Source: Chiloscyllium plagiosum
Taxonomy: Eukaryota
Assembly (NCBI RefSeq): GCF_004010195.1
Contig: NC_057755.1
Coordinates: 5,149,643-5,213,642, forward strand
Direction of reading: 5' to 3'
Length of the DNA: 64,000 bases
Under the pieces are notes generated by a model. The model had not been told where the DNA came from. It saw nothing but the letters and a program-made list of their open reading frames with translations, and made no database searches. Numbering within the stretch: position 1 is the stretch's first letter; each line of letters begins with the position of its first letter. Of the stretch, positions 25,801-37,561 are shown in pieces. Position numbers and translations under genes: made by a program.

Positions 25801-27712
25801 CCCTTTGCGCGTGGACATGACTAGATAGAGGCTTACCAACATCTGTTGTCCCTCAAACACGCCCTCGCAACCACCCCGTCCTGAGTGTGTTCTTGGGATT
25901 AGTGAATATTTGCAGGCACCGACCTCCAAATGGTACATGATACAATACAGCAAATGTCGCATTCCTCTCTCAATCCCCCCCCCCCCACGACACCCACCTC
26001 TATGAAGCAATCATTTTCTGCCCTCAATTATAGCTTGGCTACCGCCCCAGCGCTAGCTGTACGACAGACCCGTTAATGTACTGGATGAATGTGCCTAACT
26101 CAGATCGTGGTGACCTTCGTTGCTCGCTGGCCTATTATTGCAACAAATTGGATCCTGTTCCCTACGGCACCCTGCACCCTGCACCCAATCCCGACTGGTC
26201 TCCAATTATTAGTGTAGGTGGCTTCTAATCTAACCCTCCACCAGCCCATAAAGGTGTGCAACTCCCTCTCAGTCGTGGACCTCCTAAACTCTCAACAGAC
26301 CAAGCACCTGAGCCAAGCTCATCTGAGCCACTACGAGGTCTCACTGTAACAGAACCCATCCCCCGCTTTTCATGATTGCTCCACTTTAAATCATGTTCCG
26401 TCCCTTGAGCAGCCCCCTGACGACCTCACCGACCCTTTGCATCACTATTTGCTCAGGAATCATTTCCTCACTACACCTCGCCCAGATTTGATGGACCTGA
26501 CAATTGTGAACGCTGACCTTATATTTTATGTTGATGATAGTTCCGTTGTTAACCTGGACGGTATCCTGCAGTCATGTCATGTTATTGTAACAGATACTGC
26601 TGGTCAGGAGTCTGCTGTCTTCAGACCCTTGTCTCTGTATAGAAAGTTGAGCTTTTTGTCCTCACCAGAATTTGTGTTCGGGCCACAGATGGAATTGCCA
26701 ACATTTACACTGATCGCAGATACACATTTGGTTTTGCCCGTAATTTTAGCTGCCTCTGTTAGCAACGAGGCTTCCTTACTTTTGCAGGGACTCCCATTGA
26801 AGACAGTTTTCGAGTTAAATATCTCCTCGATGACATTCTGCTTCCTCATCAATTGGTTGTTATTAAATGCACTGCGCACACAAAGAGGGACACTCCGATA
26901 CAATTACAATATGCCCGTGCTGATTTGGCTACTAAGGAGCTGGCTGCATCGGCCATGTTATTTGTTCCAACTGAGAGAAATCAGGCTCCAAATCAAGTAG
27001 CTCCTTTAGGAGCGAAGGTAATGCCAGATCTAAGTACGATTCACACTTGACAGTGGGGTTGCCACTTAATCTGAACAGGCACTTTGGAATTTGATGGAGT
27101 GTTTGCACTTCTCGACACGTGACCTCTGGTGAACCCCAATATATCAAGCTTGTATTCTTGACCTTTTATTGCCAGTGCTTATTGATTACTTGCATGCTTA
27201 TACGCATCTTGGCAAAGATGGAATGGCGCAGCTACTTTAAAAAAAAACTGATGGCACTCGGATTTGAATACAGCAGCTCAAATGCAGCTTGATATAGGTG
27301 TTATGTGAATGAAAAATAACAAGGGTAAGGGCATTAAATGAGAAGTTTCTGAAGAAGGGCTTATGCCCAATACGTCGATTCTCCTGCTTCTCGGATGCTG
27401 CCTGGCCTGCTGTGTTTTTCCAGCATCACACTTTTCAACTCTTGTCTCCAGCATCTGCAGTCCTCACTTTCTATTAAGAGCATTAACTTCCCTTTCGGAA
27501 TTACCCCCTGCCACATGGTCCTTTTGTCTGCATACAGCTGTATTTCATTGAATTATCTAAGGTATAATTTTATAAATACTACTTTGTGATGATCGATTCC
27601 TTTCGAAAAAGGACTGAAGCCTTTTCCACCACTAACAGTACTGCACACACAGTGGTGAAAATATTGTTGATTGAAGTTATTTTCTGCACTTGGTTGCCTA
27701 AAATGATAAGCT
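22815..27712 (+). mobile_element. Degraded class I (epsilon/gamma-like) endogenous retrovirus: 5' LTR, gag, pro, deleted RT, RNase H, partial integrase
   Basis: Putative LTR ~22815-23482 (TG...CA, TATAAA at 23269), followed by a tRNA-Ser-like PBS tggcactgctgagca at 23485. Protease-like PFLTDSGVTHS ~25570-25605, KLDPV tether ~26145, PRPDL..NADLIFYVDDSS plus frameshifted NIYTD and VVIKCTAH RNase H motifs (26475-26880), and integrase-like EAFSTTNSTAHTVVKILL ~27617-27670. Confidence 0.8.
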
Positions 27713-27715
27713 GAG

Positions 27716-28432
27716 TGTTACGGAGTTGAAAGCATATACTATTCCTTTAAGAGAGAGTGAAAGCCGGCAAACACCTGTGATGTCACAGAATGTGCTGGAA
27801 AATTTGAACATGTAACTTAGATACTGAGTTGTTTTCACAGTAATTCGAATTTAACCAACTAGTTTAAATTATGCCCCAAGTTACTAAACCCAATCGAATT
27901 TGAATGTGACAGTTTTGACAACATTGAACCAATGAGATGATCCGATGGTTTGGGGTATAAAAAGTTGGACAAATTTTGGACAAATAACCTGGGTAGAGAA
28001 CGTTTTGTCATGGACAGACAGCCTGCACTCTCTCTACAAGATGTTTTTTTCATAGGAAACATCTATGCAGTAGAATACCGAAGGTGATTAAGGGAGATCT
28101 ACAAACATACGAAGTTCGACACCAGGGACAACAGCTGCTGTCTGGTTTTGAAAATTAATTTGCTGTAATTTTAATAGGAGTGTTGTTGAATCACCTACTT
28201 GTTATAGAGTGGGAGGTGGATAACACTTCTTTAAGAGAAAGGAGGCTTAGAGTTGTAAATAGTTGTTGTATAACATTCACTTTTGTATTTAAAGAATAAA
28301 AGTATTATTTTTTCTTTAAATACTGGAATTTGGTTCGTTCTCTGTCACTCATACTTTAACAGAATACGAGGCGACATGAGCTTTTCTGAGTGTGTGGTTT
28401 AATTAACAGAAGGGTTTACATTATTTTGTAAC
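27716..28432 (+). mobile_element. Gypsy-type LTR (5' LTR) that truncates the ERV
   Basis: Begins TGTTA and ends TGTAACA, with internal TATAAA and AATAAA. It is followed by gtttgggg, a PBS that continues after the CR1 insertion at ~29951. Similar to the LTRs at 31.2-31.8 kb and 36.9-37.6 kb. Confidence 0.65.
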
Positions 28433-28439
28433 AGTTTGG

Positions 28440-29952
28440 GGACAATGAACCAGACTTTATAAAAAATCTTAAAGTAAGGGAACACTTAGGAAGCAGCGAT
28501 CATAATATGGTAGAGTTCAGTCTGCAGTTTGAAAGAGAGAAGGTAAAATCGGATGTAATGGCGTTACAGTTAAATAAAGGTAATTATGAGGGCATGAGAG
28601 AGGAACTGATGAAGATAGACTGGAAGCAGAGCCTAGCGGGGAAGACAGTAGAGCAAAACTGACAGGAGTTTGTGGGTAAAATTGAGGACACTGTACAGGT
28701 NNNNNNNNNNNNNNNNNNNNNNNNNNNNNNNNNNNNNNNNNNNNNNNNNNNNNNNNNNNNNNNNNNNNNNNNNNNNNNNNNNNNNNNNNNNNNNNCTACA
28801 AAAACAAACAGAGGATAACAAAGAGAGAAATAAGGAAGGAGAGGATTAAATATGAAGGTAGGATAGCCAGTAATATTCGAAATGATAGTAAAAGTTTCTT
28901 TCAATACATAAGAAACAAGCGACAGGCAAGCGTAGGCTTTGGGCCACTTCAAACTGATGCTGGAAGCCTAGTGATGGGCGATAAGGAAATAGCAAGAGAA
29001 CTTAATAAGTACTTTGGGTCAGTCTTCACAGTGGAAGACATGAGTAATATCCCAACAATTAAAGGGAGTCAGGGGGCTGAGTTGAGTATGGTTGCCATTA
29101 CAAAAGAGAAAGTGCTAGAAAAGCTAAAAAGTCTTAAAATTGATAAATCTCCTGGCCCTGATGGGTTACATCCTAGAGTTCTGAGGGAGGTGGCTGAGGA
29201 AATAGCGAAGGCGTTGGTTGAGATCTTTCAAAAGTCACTAGAGTCAGGGAAAGTCCCGGATGATTGGAAGATCACTGTTGTAACCCTCTTGTTCAAAAAA
29301 GGATCAAGGCAAAAGATGGAAAATTATAGGCCAATTATAAAAGCACTGTTGTGCTACTGAGACTTTATAAAGCTCTGGTTAGGCCCCATTTGGAGTACTG
29401 TGTACAGTTTTGGTCCCCACACTTCAGGAAGGACATACTGGCACTGGAGCGTGCCCAGCGGAGATTCAGACAGATGATCCATGGAATGGTAGGTCTAACA
29501 TATGAAGAACGGCTGAGGATCCTGGGATTGTATTCATTGGACTTTAGAAGATTAAGGGGAGATCTAATAGAAACTTACAAGATAATACATGGCTTGGAGA
29601 GGGTGGACGCTAGGAAATTGTTTCCGTTAGGCGAGGAGACTAGGACCCGTGGACACAGCCTTAGAATTAGAGTGGGTAAATTCAGAACAGAAATGCGAAG
29701 ACATTTCTTTAGCCAGAGAGTGGTGGGCCTATGGAATTCATTGCCACAGAGTGCAGTGGAGGCTGGGACGCTAAATGTCTTCAAGGCAGAAATTGATAAA
29801 TTCTTGATGTCACAAGGAATTCAGGGCTACGGGGAGAATGCGGGTAAGTGGATTTGAAATGCACATCAGCCATGATTGAATGGCGGAGTGGACTCGATGG
29901 GCCGAATGGCCTTACTTACGCTCCTATGTCTTATGGTCTTATGGTCTTATGG
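28440..29952 (+). mobile_element. Young CR1-family LINE, 5'-truncated, with an internal RT deletion
   Basis: LGSSDHNMVEF, KSPGPDGLHPRVLRE, ENYRPI joined directly to LYKALVRPHLEYCVQFWSP, and FSQRVVGLWNSLP. The 3' tail is (TCTTATGG)n. Confidence 0.92.
28701..28795. other. Assembly gap (95 N)
   Basis: Run of N inside the young CR1 copy. Confidence 0.99.
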
Positions 29953-30465
29953 ACACGGGTCCAGGCTTTGGATAGGTTTAGACTGTTCCAGCCTGAGATA
30001 TTGACAGATTTGAACAGATTTAGTTTACGCAAGATCCCAGCAAATTTAAACACTTGTGGATAAGTGTCCTAGATCATCAAATGAAATGTAAGTGAAACAA
30101 TCTGCTTAACTTTGGTTGGTTAAATTAAAAGTTTGAAAAGTGGCTCTTAATTTTGCCGAAGAGGTTCGAGGGTTGAAGATGATTCCTAAATTTGCTCAAA
30201 AGACGAGAAGGCAAGAAAAAGGCCTGTCTTTTCGAATTAGCAAAGAGTTTGGAATTGGATGTAACCAAGGACAAAAGTAAAGCTGAAATTGCAAGTGAGT
30301 TACTCAAACCGTTAGGTATATCAGGGAAGCAATCAAGTGCAGTAGAGTTTAAAAAAACTTCAATTGTAATTGTGGAAAATCGAGTCGAAGATAAACAAAG
30401 AGAGAGTCACGAAAAATGCAGAGAGAAAGCGAAAGATAGAGATTTTAAAAGACTTAGAGCTCAGG
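29951..30465 (+). mobile_element. Gypsy internal leader and gag N-terminus (continuation of the 27716 LTR element)
   Basis: KKACLFELAKSLELDVTKDKSKAEIASELLKPLG followed by a charged coiled-coil stretch, which resembles Gypsy gag N-termini. A similar remnant lies at ~20-135 on the minus strand. Confidence 0.5.
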
Positions 30466-31240
30466 TTGAGGATCTGGATGTAGGTTTGGGCGCTGAGCTG
30501 GAAGGTTCATTTTCAGAAGTTTCGTCACCATACTAGGAAACATCATCAGTCAGCCTCTAGATGAAGAACCGCTGATGATTCTTGCTTTTTATTTATATGT
30601 GCGGTTTCTTTGGGTTGGTGGTGTCATTTGCTGTGTCGATGTCATTTCCAATCGAGATGTCATTTCCTGTTTTTGTTTCCTCTCAGGGTTCATAAATGGA
30701 GTCCAATCAATGTGTTCATTGATAGAATTCCGGTTGGAACGCCATGTTTCTAGGAATTCCCGTACATGTCTCTGCTTGGCTTGTCCTAGGATGTATGTGT
30801 TGTCGCAGTCGAAGTGGTAGCCTTCCTTATCTGTGTGTCAGGATACTAGACAGACAGTGTCATGTCATTTTTTGGCTAGTTGATTTCATATGTCCTGGTG
30901 GCTAGTTTTCTGCCCGTTTGTTCAATATCGTGTTGTTACAGTTCTTGTACGGTATTTTGGAAAATACATTAATTTTGTTTTGTTGTCTGTATAAGGATTT
31001 CATATGTCCTGGTGGCTAGTTTTCTGCCCGTTTGTTCAATATCGTGTTTGTTACAGTTCTTGTACGGTATTTTGGAAAATACATTAATTTTGTTTTGTTG
31101 TCTGTATAAGGGTCTTTCAAGTTCGTTAGCTGCTATTTTAGTGTGTTGGTAAACTACCGTGATGCCAAGGGGTCTGAGTAGTCTAGCAGTCGTTTCCGAG
31201 ATTTCTTTGATGTAGGGGAGAATGGCTGGGCTTCTGGACG
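30466..31240 (-). mobile_element. Penelope-like element 3' part (GIY-YIG region and pLTR)
   Basis: The minus strand reads NVFSKIPYKNC..HFDCDNTYILGQAKQRHVREFLETW..INEHIDW. Hammerhead core ctgatga tgtttcc..gtgac gaaa at 30551-30520. Confidence 0.85.
30882..31110. repeat. Near-perfect 114-bp tandem duplication
   Basis: gatttcatatgtcctggtggctag...tctgtataag starts at 30882 and again at 30996. The copies differ by a 1-nt indel. Confidence 0.95.
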
Positions 31241-31831
31241 ATTTAATGTAAAAATTATCAATTTTCTTTCTTGAAGTATACCAGAGAATAATTAACTAAC
31301 TACCATTTTCAGTTAATTCCCCGATACAATGCACATCCTATAAAAAATCCCTGATTAAGATTTACAAAAAAGTTATTTCCTCCAAACCAGACAGCTTTCG
31401 TTCCCGTCTGTAGTTTGGTCTGTTTCACTTCTCCTTGGGATACTATTTCACAGGTTACTGATCGACAAAGGTACATTTTCAGAGAACTATTTTTTCTGGG
31501 CAGAGTGCAGATGTCATTGGCATCGTAGTTCTCCTCTCAACTGTTCAATTTTCACCGGTCTTATATCTCCAAAGTTTTGGATTGTGTGATTGGTTTTAAG
31601 ATTGTCAATATACAAACTTCTAACTGGATTGGAACTGGTTATTTTTCGGGGGGAAATGTAAACTGATTGGTCTAATTTGAATCTGTTTAGTCATTTCCAG
31701 GAAATCAGCTATCCCAGTAGCTGGAGCACATGTTACATTGTATTTTCTTTTTCAGAAAATTTAGTTTTGTCAGGTTTCTATGTTGTTTTTAACTTTCTTA
31801 AAGGTAGAATATACACCACATTTTCATAACA
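31240..31831 (-). mobile_element. LTR remnant (Gypsy-type)
   Basis: The minus strand starts TGTTATG. It shares acagattcaaatt..aatcagttt..tataaga..aaaattgaacagttg with 36.9-37.56 kb. Confidence 0.6.
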
Positions 31832-31870
31832 CGCCGTTCTCAAAAGTCAAAGAATATCCCAATACACAAC

Positions 31871-34800
31871 AAACCTATTAGGTTGTCATTTATAGTGTGA
31901 AACCTGATGGAAAAGGTGAGTGTACACTAAAAAAAAAGGAAGTTAATATTAGACAGCCAGAAAGGACACTGTCACGGGCAGGTGATGTCTGTCAAATTTG
32001 ACTGTGTTCATTGACAAGATCAGGCAGTAAGTGAGTGAGGGTTGTGCTGTGGATGTTTTCTATTCAGACGTTCAGGAAGTATGTGATACAGTATCTCATG
32101 ACAGGTTGGTTAGAATATTAGATATGTTTGGGATTGATAGATCATTGGCAACATGGATTAGAAGTTGGCTAAAGGACAGAAAAAGGAGGGTAGGTGTGGA
32201 ATTGCATTTCTTACATTGGATATGAGTTGAAAGTGATTTTCCCTGGAGACTAGTGTTGCGACACTTGCTTTTTTTAATGTACATGAATGATGTGTAGATG
32301 CGTGTTGATGGCAAAACCATTAAATTTGCAGAGGATACTAATCTTGGAAGACAGTGACCTGTAGGATGATGCTGACCGACTTCTCAGTGACATTGAGAAG
32401 TTGGCTAAATCGTCAGATACCAGGCAGATAAATTTCATTGCCAAGAAATGTGAGGTGAAGCAATTTGTTAGAAGTAACAAGGAGAGACAATTTAGACTCG
32501 ATAGTCCAACTTTGAGGGGTGTACAGCAGCCGAGCGACCTCATAGTGTACGTGCATAATTCTCTGACGGTGCACAGACAAGTTGAAACAGTTGTTAAGAC
32601 GTCGTCTATGGTCCTGAGGTCTATACATAGATGCATAGAGTAGCAAAGCAAGGTAGTGTTGTTTCACCTCGCCAAAATCATTGAACAGACCACATTTGCT
32701 GCAGTTCTGCGCTCTTTATTTAAACAAGGATGTTAATGCCCTGGAGAGAGTTCAGAGTGATGGAGACAAACTTTATCGGAGGTTTTAAAAGACAGGAGGA
32801 TGCGTATTTAAAGGTGATGTCTCCCTGGATGATCATTAAGGTAATGGTATTTAAGGATGGTCCATTCCCGGGATATTTCTTACACATGGTACGCATTCTG
32901 GTTAGCTAAATTGGTGGAGGAGTGATTTATTCATTGCAGGATTCCTCGACATTGACAGAAACTGGGGCCCTCCAAATTTATATTGCGTGGATTTGAGTTC
33001 AAGCTAAGATTTGCTGAGATTGTACTGAATGGAGGAGTGATCTCAGAAGAACTGACTTCATGCCCCCGTTTTGTCAATTCTTACAGAACTAAGTGGTTCT
33101 TTGTGATGGGAGATGAATGCATTTGTGCCGAGGTTACGTTGGTAGCCATTAGCTGATTGGTTCGCCGCCAATTGTTGATGACATTGTGCCTGCCCACAGG
33201 ACCGTGCAATAACGAAGGGGCCCTTCAACCCATTATACCTATCCCAACAAGCATACCCTACAGCCTATACCAGTCGCACTGTCCCTCACCAGACCGATAG
33301 GCTGGAATGTTGTGACACCCCAAGTGCTCATCCAAGTATATCTTTAAGGTTGTGACGTTTACTGCCTCAACGCCCCTCCCACGAGTGCATTCCAGGCACC
33401 CACCAAACTCCGACAGTGCGAAAACCCGTCCTCAAATCAGCTCCAAACCTCCTGCATTTCAGTTTAGACTCATATATATTTGTTGCTGACACTTTGACTG
33501 AGGGGAAAACCTGATTCCTAACACCTGTCAATTCCTCTTAGAATCTTACACGCCTCCAACTTTTTCTCCCCCGAACAAAACGGATCCAGCATCTCTCTGT
33601 TGTTGAAATGTCCCATCGCAGAGCAACATTCTGGGGCATCTCCGTGTGAACGCTACCCCCAGTACAACCTCATCCTTCCCAAAGTGTGTGGACAAGAACT
33701 AAACACAGTCCTCCAGTTGTGGACTCACCAAAGTCTTGTCCAGCTCCAACATCTCCTTCCTCCACTCGCAATCTATTCCAGGCTTTTGTCCCATATTCCT
33801 TCTTAAATCCTGCATTACCCTGTCCTTTTACCTTCAGAGAACTGTCGGCTATAATACATCAAGATCCATCTGTTGCTCTCACCTTCCTCGTCTCCTGCTA
33901 TTCACTGAGTAATCACTTGTATCATTCCTTTTCCCAAACTGCATCCCTTCCATTTCTCAGTGTTCATCTCCAACTGTCACTGATCTACCCATTTTAACAA
34001 TCCGTGCCTTTCCACCTGTAACGGAATAACTTTCTCCTCACTGTCCACACACCGGATAAACTTTGTGTCATCCCAAACATACTGATCACCGCCCCACATT
34101 CCCAGCTCATCGTTTATGAACATCACCAACACTAAGGGTTCCGCATTGATTGTTGTGGAACATCACTTCACACCGGGGTCCTGTCACACACACACAGCCT
34201 TGTGCTTCCAAACTCACTTCAGTCCTCAAGATTATTCTGGGTTCATCGTTCCACGTAACTCTGGATCCCGTCAGGTTTTACCTGCTTTATCAGTCTGCCA
34301 TGTGGCACCCCTGTGAAAGGTCTTCCTGAAATGTAGACCCACCAATACTACCTATGGAATTCACGAGCTCAGGGTATAGAGCATGTGGGGACATTGAGAA
34401 AGTTGGAGAATGTACGCAGATATTTTAAAGGAATGACGTGTTGATGATGTTGTGGAGAACGGACAGGAAAGTGGATTTGAGACCAAGACGAGATCAGCCA
34501 TGACCATAGTAATGGGTGTAGCTGAATCGAGGGACTGAATGATCTACTTCTCCTTCTACCTCTTGTGTGATTGGTTCCCATGTTGCTGAATAGACCGTGG
34601 GTGTGAATAGTTCAGGAGGGAGCCATTTGGCTCCTTTATGTTCAAGGAGCTCCCTCTGTGCTCTGCAGTAAAAAGGAAACTCGAACTTGAAAAGAACGAG
34701 CTTCTTTCAGAACAGCAGTTACTACCTTCCCTCAGCACATCAGAGACTTTGTATCTGTGTACCAGTCTCCCTGTGCCTCCCACAAGCAAGTCACATACTC

Positions 34801-35098
34801 TTGGGAAGGAGGAAGATTAAGGACCAGCAGATCCTGACCATTCAAAAGAAATATCCCTTCAGACTATGCTGTGAAGCAAATATATACTGCCTTCCCTGTC
34901 TTTCCCTCCATCCACAATACCCTTTTCCCCTGTATTTATCTACAGCAGAGATTTATAAGGATGTTTTTATTTTATTTGATTGCATTCCATATTCATGATC
35001 TTGAGTCTAGCTTTCTATTCAACACTGGTTTGTATTCAGGACAGGAACCTGCTCTGTGCTTTCGAACAATCTCCCTCCTAGTTGCAGTTAAGCAGTGG
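31871..35098 (+). repeat. Old direct segmental duplication, copy 1
   Basis: Collinear with 43017-46741 across several different repeat remnants and their junctions. Confidence 0.85.
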
Positions 35099-36929
35099 AA
35101 TATTCGGCTTTTCTTGAATCATTACCTTTTTGGATGACTCCGTGAATAATGGATCTTGTTTCCGATATGCTTCCCCAGAAAGGTGCAGCAATTGACTGGA
35201 TAATTAAATATATAATTGAACAAAATAATCTGCATTAGATAAACTTGATGTGCAGAGGACTATACAGCATTTTTATCAGTTTTGTCAACAGAGATTTAAT
35301 CTCCACATCTTTCCCTGATCATCGGCTGCTGTCTCACAGAAATACAATTGGTGTTTGGTTAACCAGAGTCACAATGCATCAGGTGAGGGGAGAGTCACAC
35401 GGCACAGAACGAAACCCTTTCGGGCCAACCTGTCAATGCCGACCAGACATCTCAAATTAATCTCGTCCCATTTGCCAGCATTTCGCCCATATCTCTCTCA
35501 AACCTTCCTATTCATGCACACATCCAGTGAGATTGACTTTTATGGTAATCTCAGCTGGTGTGGGAATCGAAGCCCCGCTGCTGGTGTTAGTCAGCTGTCA
35601 AAACGGGCCACTGAGCTAATCATCCTCTCATCAATACCTTCAGTGCATGACGAAATCAAAGACAGAAGAGTTCGGCATAATCTCCAGAGATAGCCGAAAG
35701 TAGATGGATCACGCGAGCTTTGTATAGATTACAGAAAGACAAATTTCCATCAATCTACATAGTTTGAAGTCCTCATTGATCAGGTTGCTGGTGTCCTATT
35801 CCTATTCAGGGAATGTTGATGGGAAACCGTGAACTGTCACTAATACTAAACACAGAAGGGATTTCGATCAAAAGGCCATAAGATATAGGAGTGGGAGTAA
35901 GACCATTCGGCCCATATCTCCTCATTTCAGTTCTAAATTGACCCCCTCTAATTCTTAGGGTGTGCCCACGGCTTCTAGATTCCCGCCTCGCAGAAACAAC
36001 TTCCCAGCATCCACCCTTTCTAAGGTATGCATTATCTTGGAAGTTTCTATTAGAGCTCCCCTCAACCTTTTAAACTCTCATGAATTCAATCCCACGCTCC
36101 TCAGCCATTCATCGTATGTTCGGCCTACCATTTCAAGGATCATCGCTGTGAATCGCCGCTGGACACCCTCCAGTGCGTGTTTCCAGTGCATACCAATTTC
36201 TGTTTTTGCTACACAAAGGAAATGATAAACATATTGTGTTTCAGAAAATCTTCACCACATTTGAAAGATTCACGAATCAAGGTGTCACTGATGCGCAGAA
36301 CTATATGACTCATTCAGATTATTCCCTGTAATGCATTAGCTGTTTGATGTTCCACTGCATTTCATTTACAGTAGGCATCAATCCCTTCTGTATCCCAGCA
36401 ACGTCATTACCGACGATAAATTGTGTTTCTGGGGGAGGCTGACGTGGCTGGGGTTGTTTTCTCTGGACTGCTAGAGGCTGAGGGGTTACCTTAAGAGGTT
36501 TATAAAATATTGTTTGAGGTGGATAAGGTGAATAGACAATGTCTTTTCCATGAAAGAGTGAGTTTGAGAGTCGAGGAGCGTAGGTTTATGGTAAGAGGAG
36601 CAAGACTTAAATGGGTCTGCAGGGGAAATGTTTTCACGCAGACGGTAGCGCATGTATGTAATTAGCTGCCAGAGGAAGTTATGGAGGCTGGTACATTTTC
36701 AGCATTTAAAAGGTATTTAGATGGGAGTATGAATACAACGGGTTCAGAGGAATACAGGCAAAGTGCTGGCACATGGGACTCGATTAATTTCGGATGTCTG
36801 GTTGGCATGGATAAGTTGCACAGAAGGATCTGATTCTGTGCTCTACGTCTCTATGATTCTATGTGTATGCAATACTGATGTGTTGTGAGGATGTGAGGTG
36901 TAATGACAGCACCATGCGTTATCAATAAG

Positions 36930-37561
36930 GTAGCAATGTAACACTTGTTCGAAAGCTAAATTTGCTGGTTGCCTGGAAAAGAACAAAACAGATTCAAATT
37001 ATGCTAATCAGTTTAAATCGTACCCCGAAAAATATCAAACTCCAGTCCAGATTGAATTCATTATATTGACAAGCTTAAAAGCCATCGACGGAATCTAATG
37101 TTTTGGTGGTATAAGATCGGGTAAAATTGAACAGTTGGGAGAAGAACTGCCAAACCTCCAGCATGTAAAAAGACTGCCTGAAAAATAACGCTTAAAAAAA
37201 GTGCCTTATCGTTCAATAACCTGTGAAGCAGAAATCCGTAAGAAGAAGAAGAAAATAAATCCCCAATTCAGAGAAAACAAAAGTTGCTTGGTTTTGAGAG
37301 AAGAAGTTTTGTTTTGTAAATTGTGATCGAGACTCTCATCAGACTAGAATTGTAGAATTGAAGGTAAAGGACAGGTGCGAGTACAGTCTTGTAAATCGTC
37401 GTTAGTTAATTATTGTCTGCCATACTTTAAGAAGCAATATGTTAAATTTTACTTTAACTAGTTCTTGGCCTATTGCATTTTCAGAGATTATTGCACAGGA
37501 TAAATCTTTTCTGTGTTGCTGATTTAAAATTAAGCAGAAGAGTTTACCCAGTGTCCTAACA
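36930..37561 (+). mobile_element. LTR remnant (Gypsy-type, same family)
   Basis: Similar to 31240-31831 and 27716-28432. Ends ..cctaaca followed by gttgg. Confidence 0.6.

Noticed and set aside
26437..27000. 187-aa ORF as a cellular gene
   Set aside because: It is frameshifted ERV RNase H sequence.
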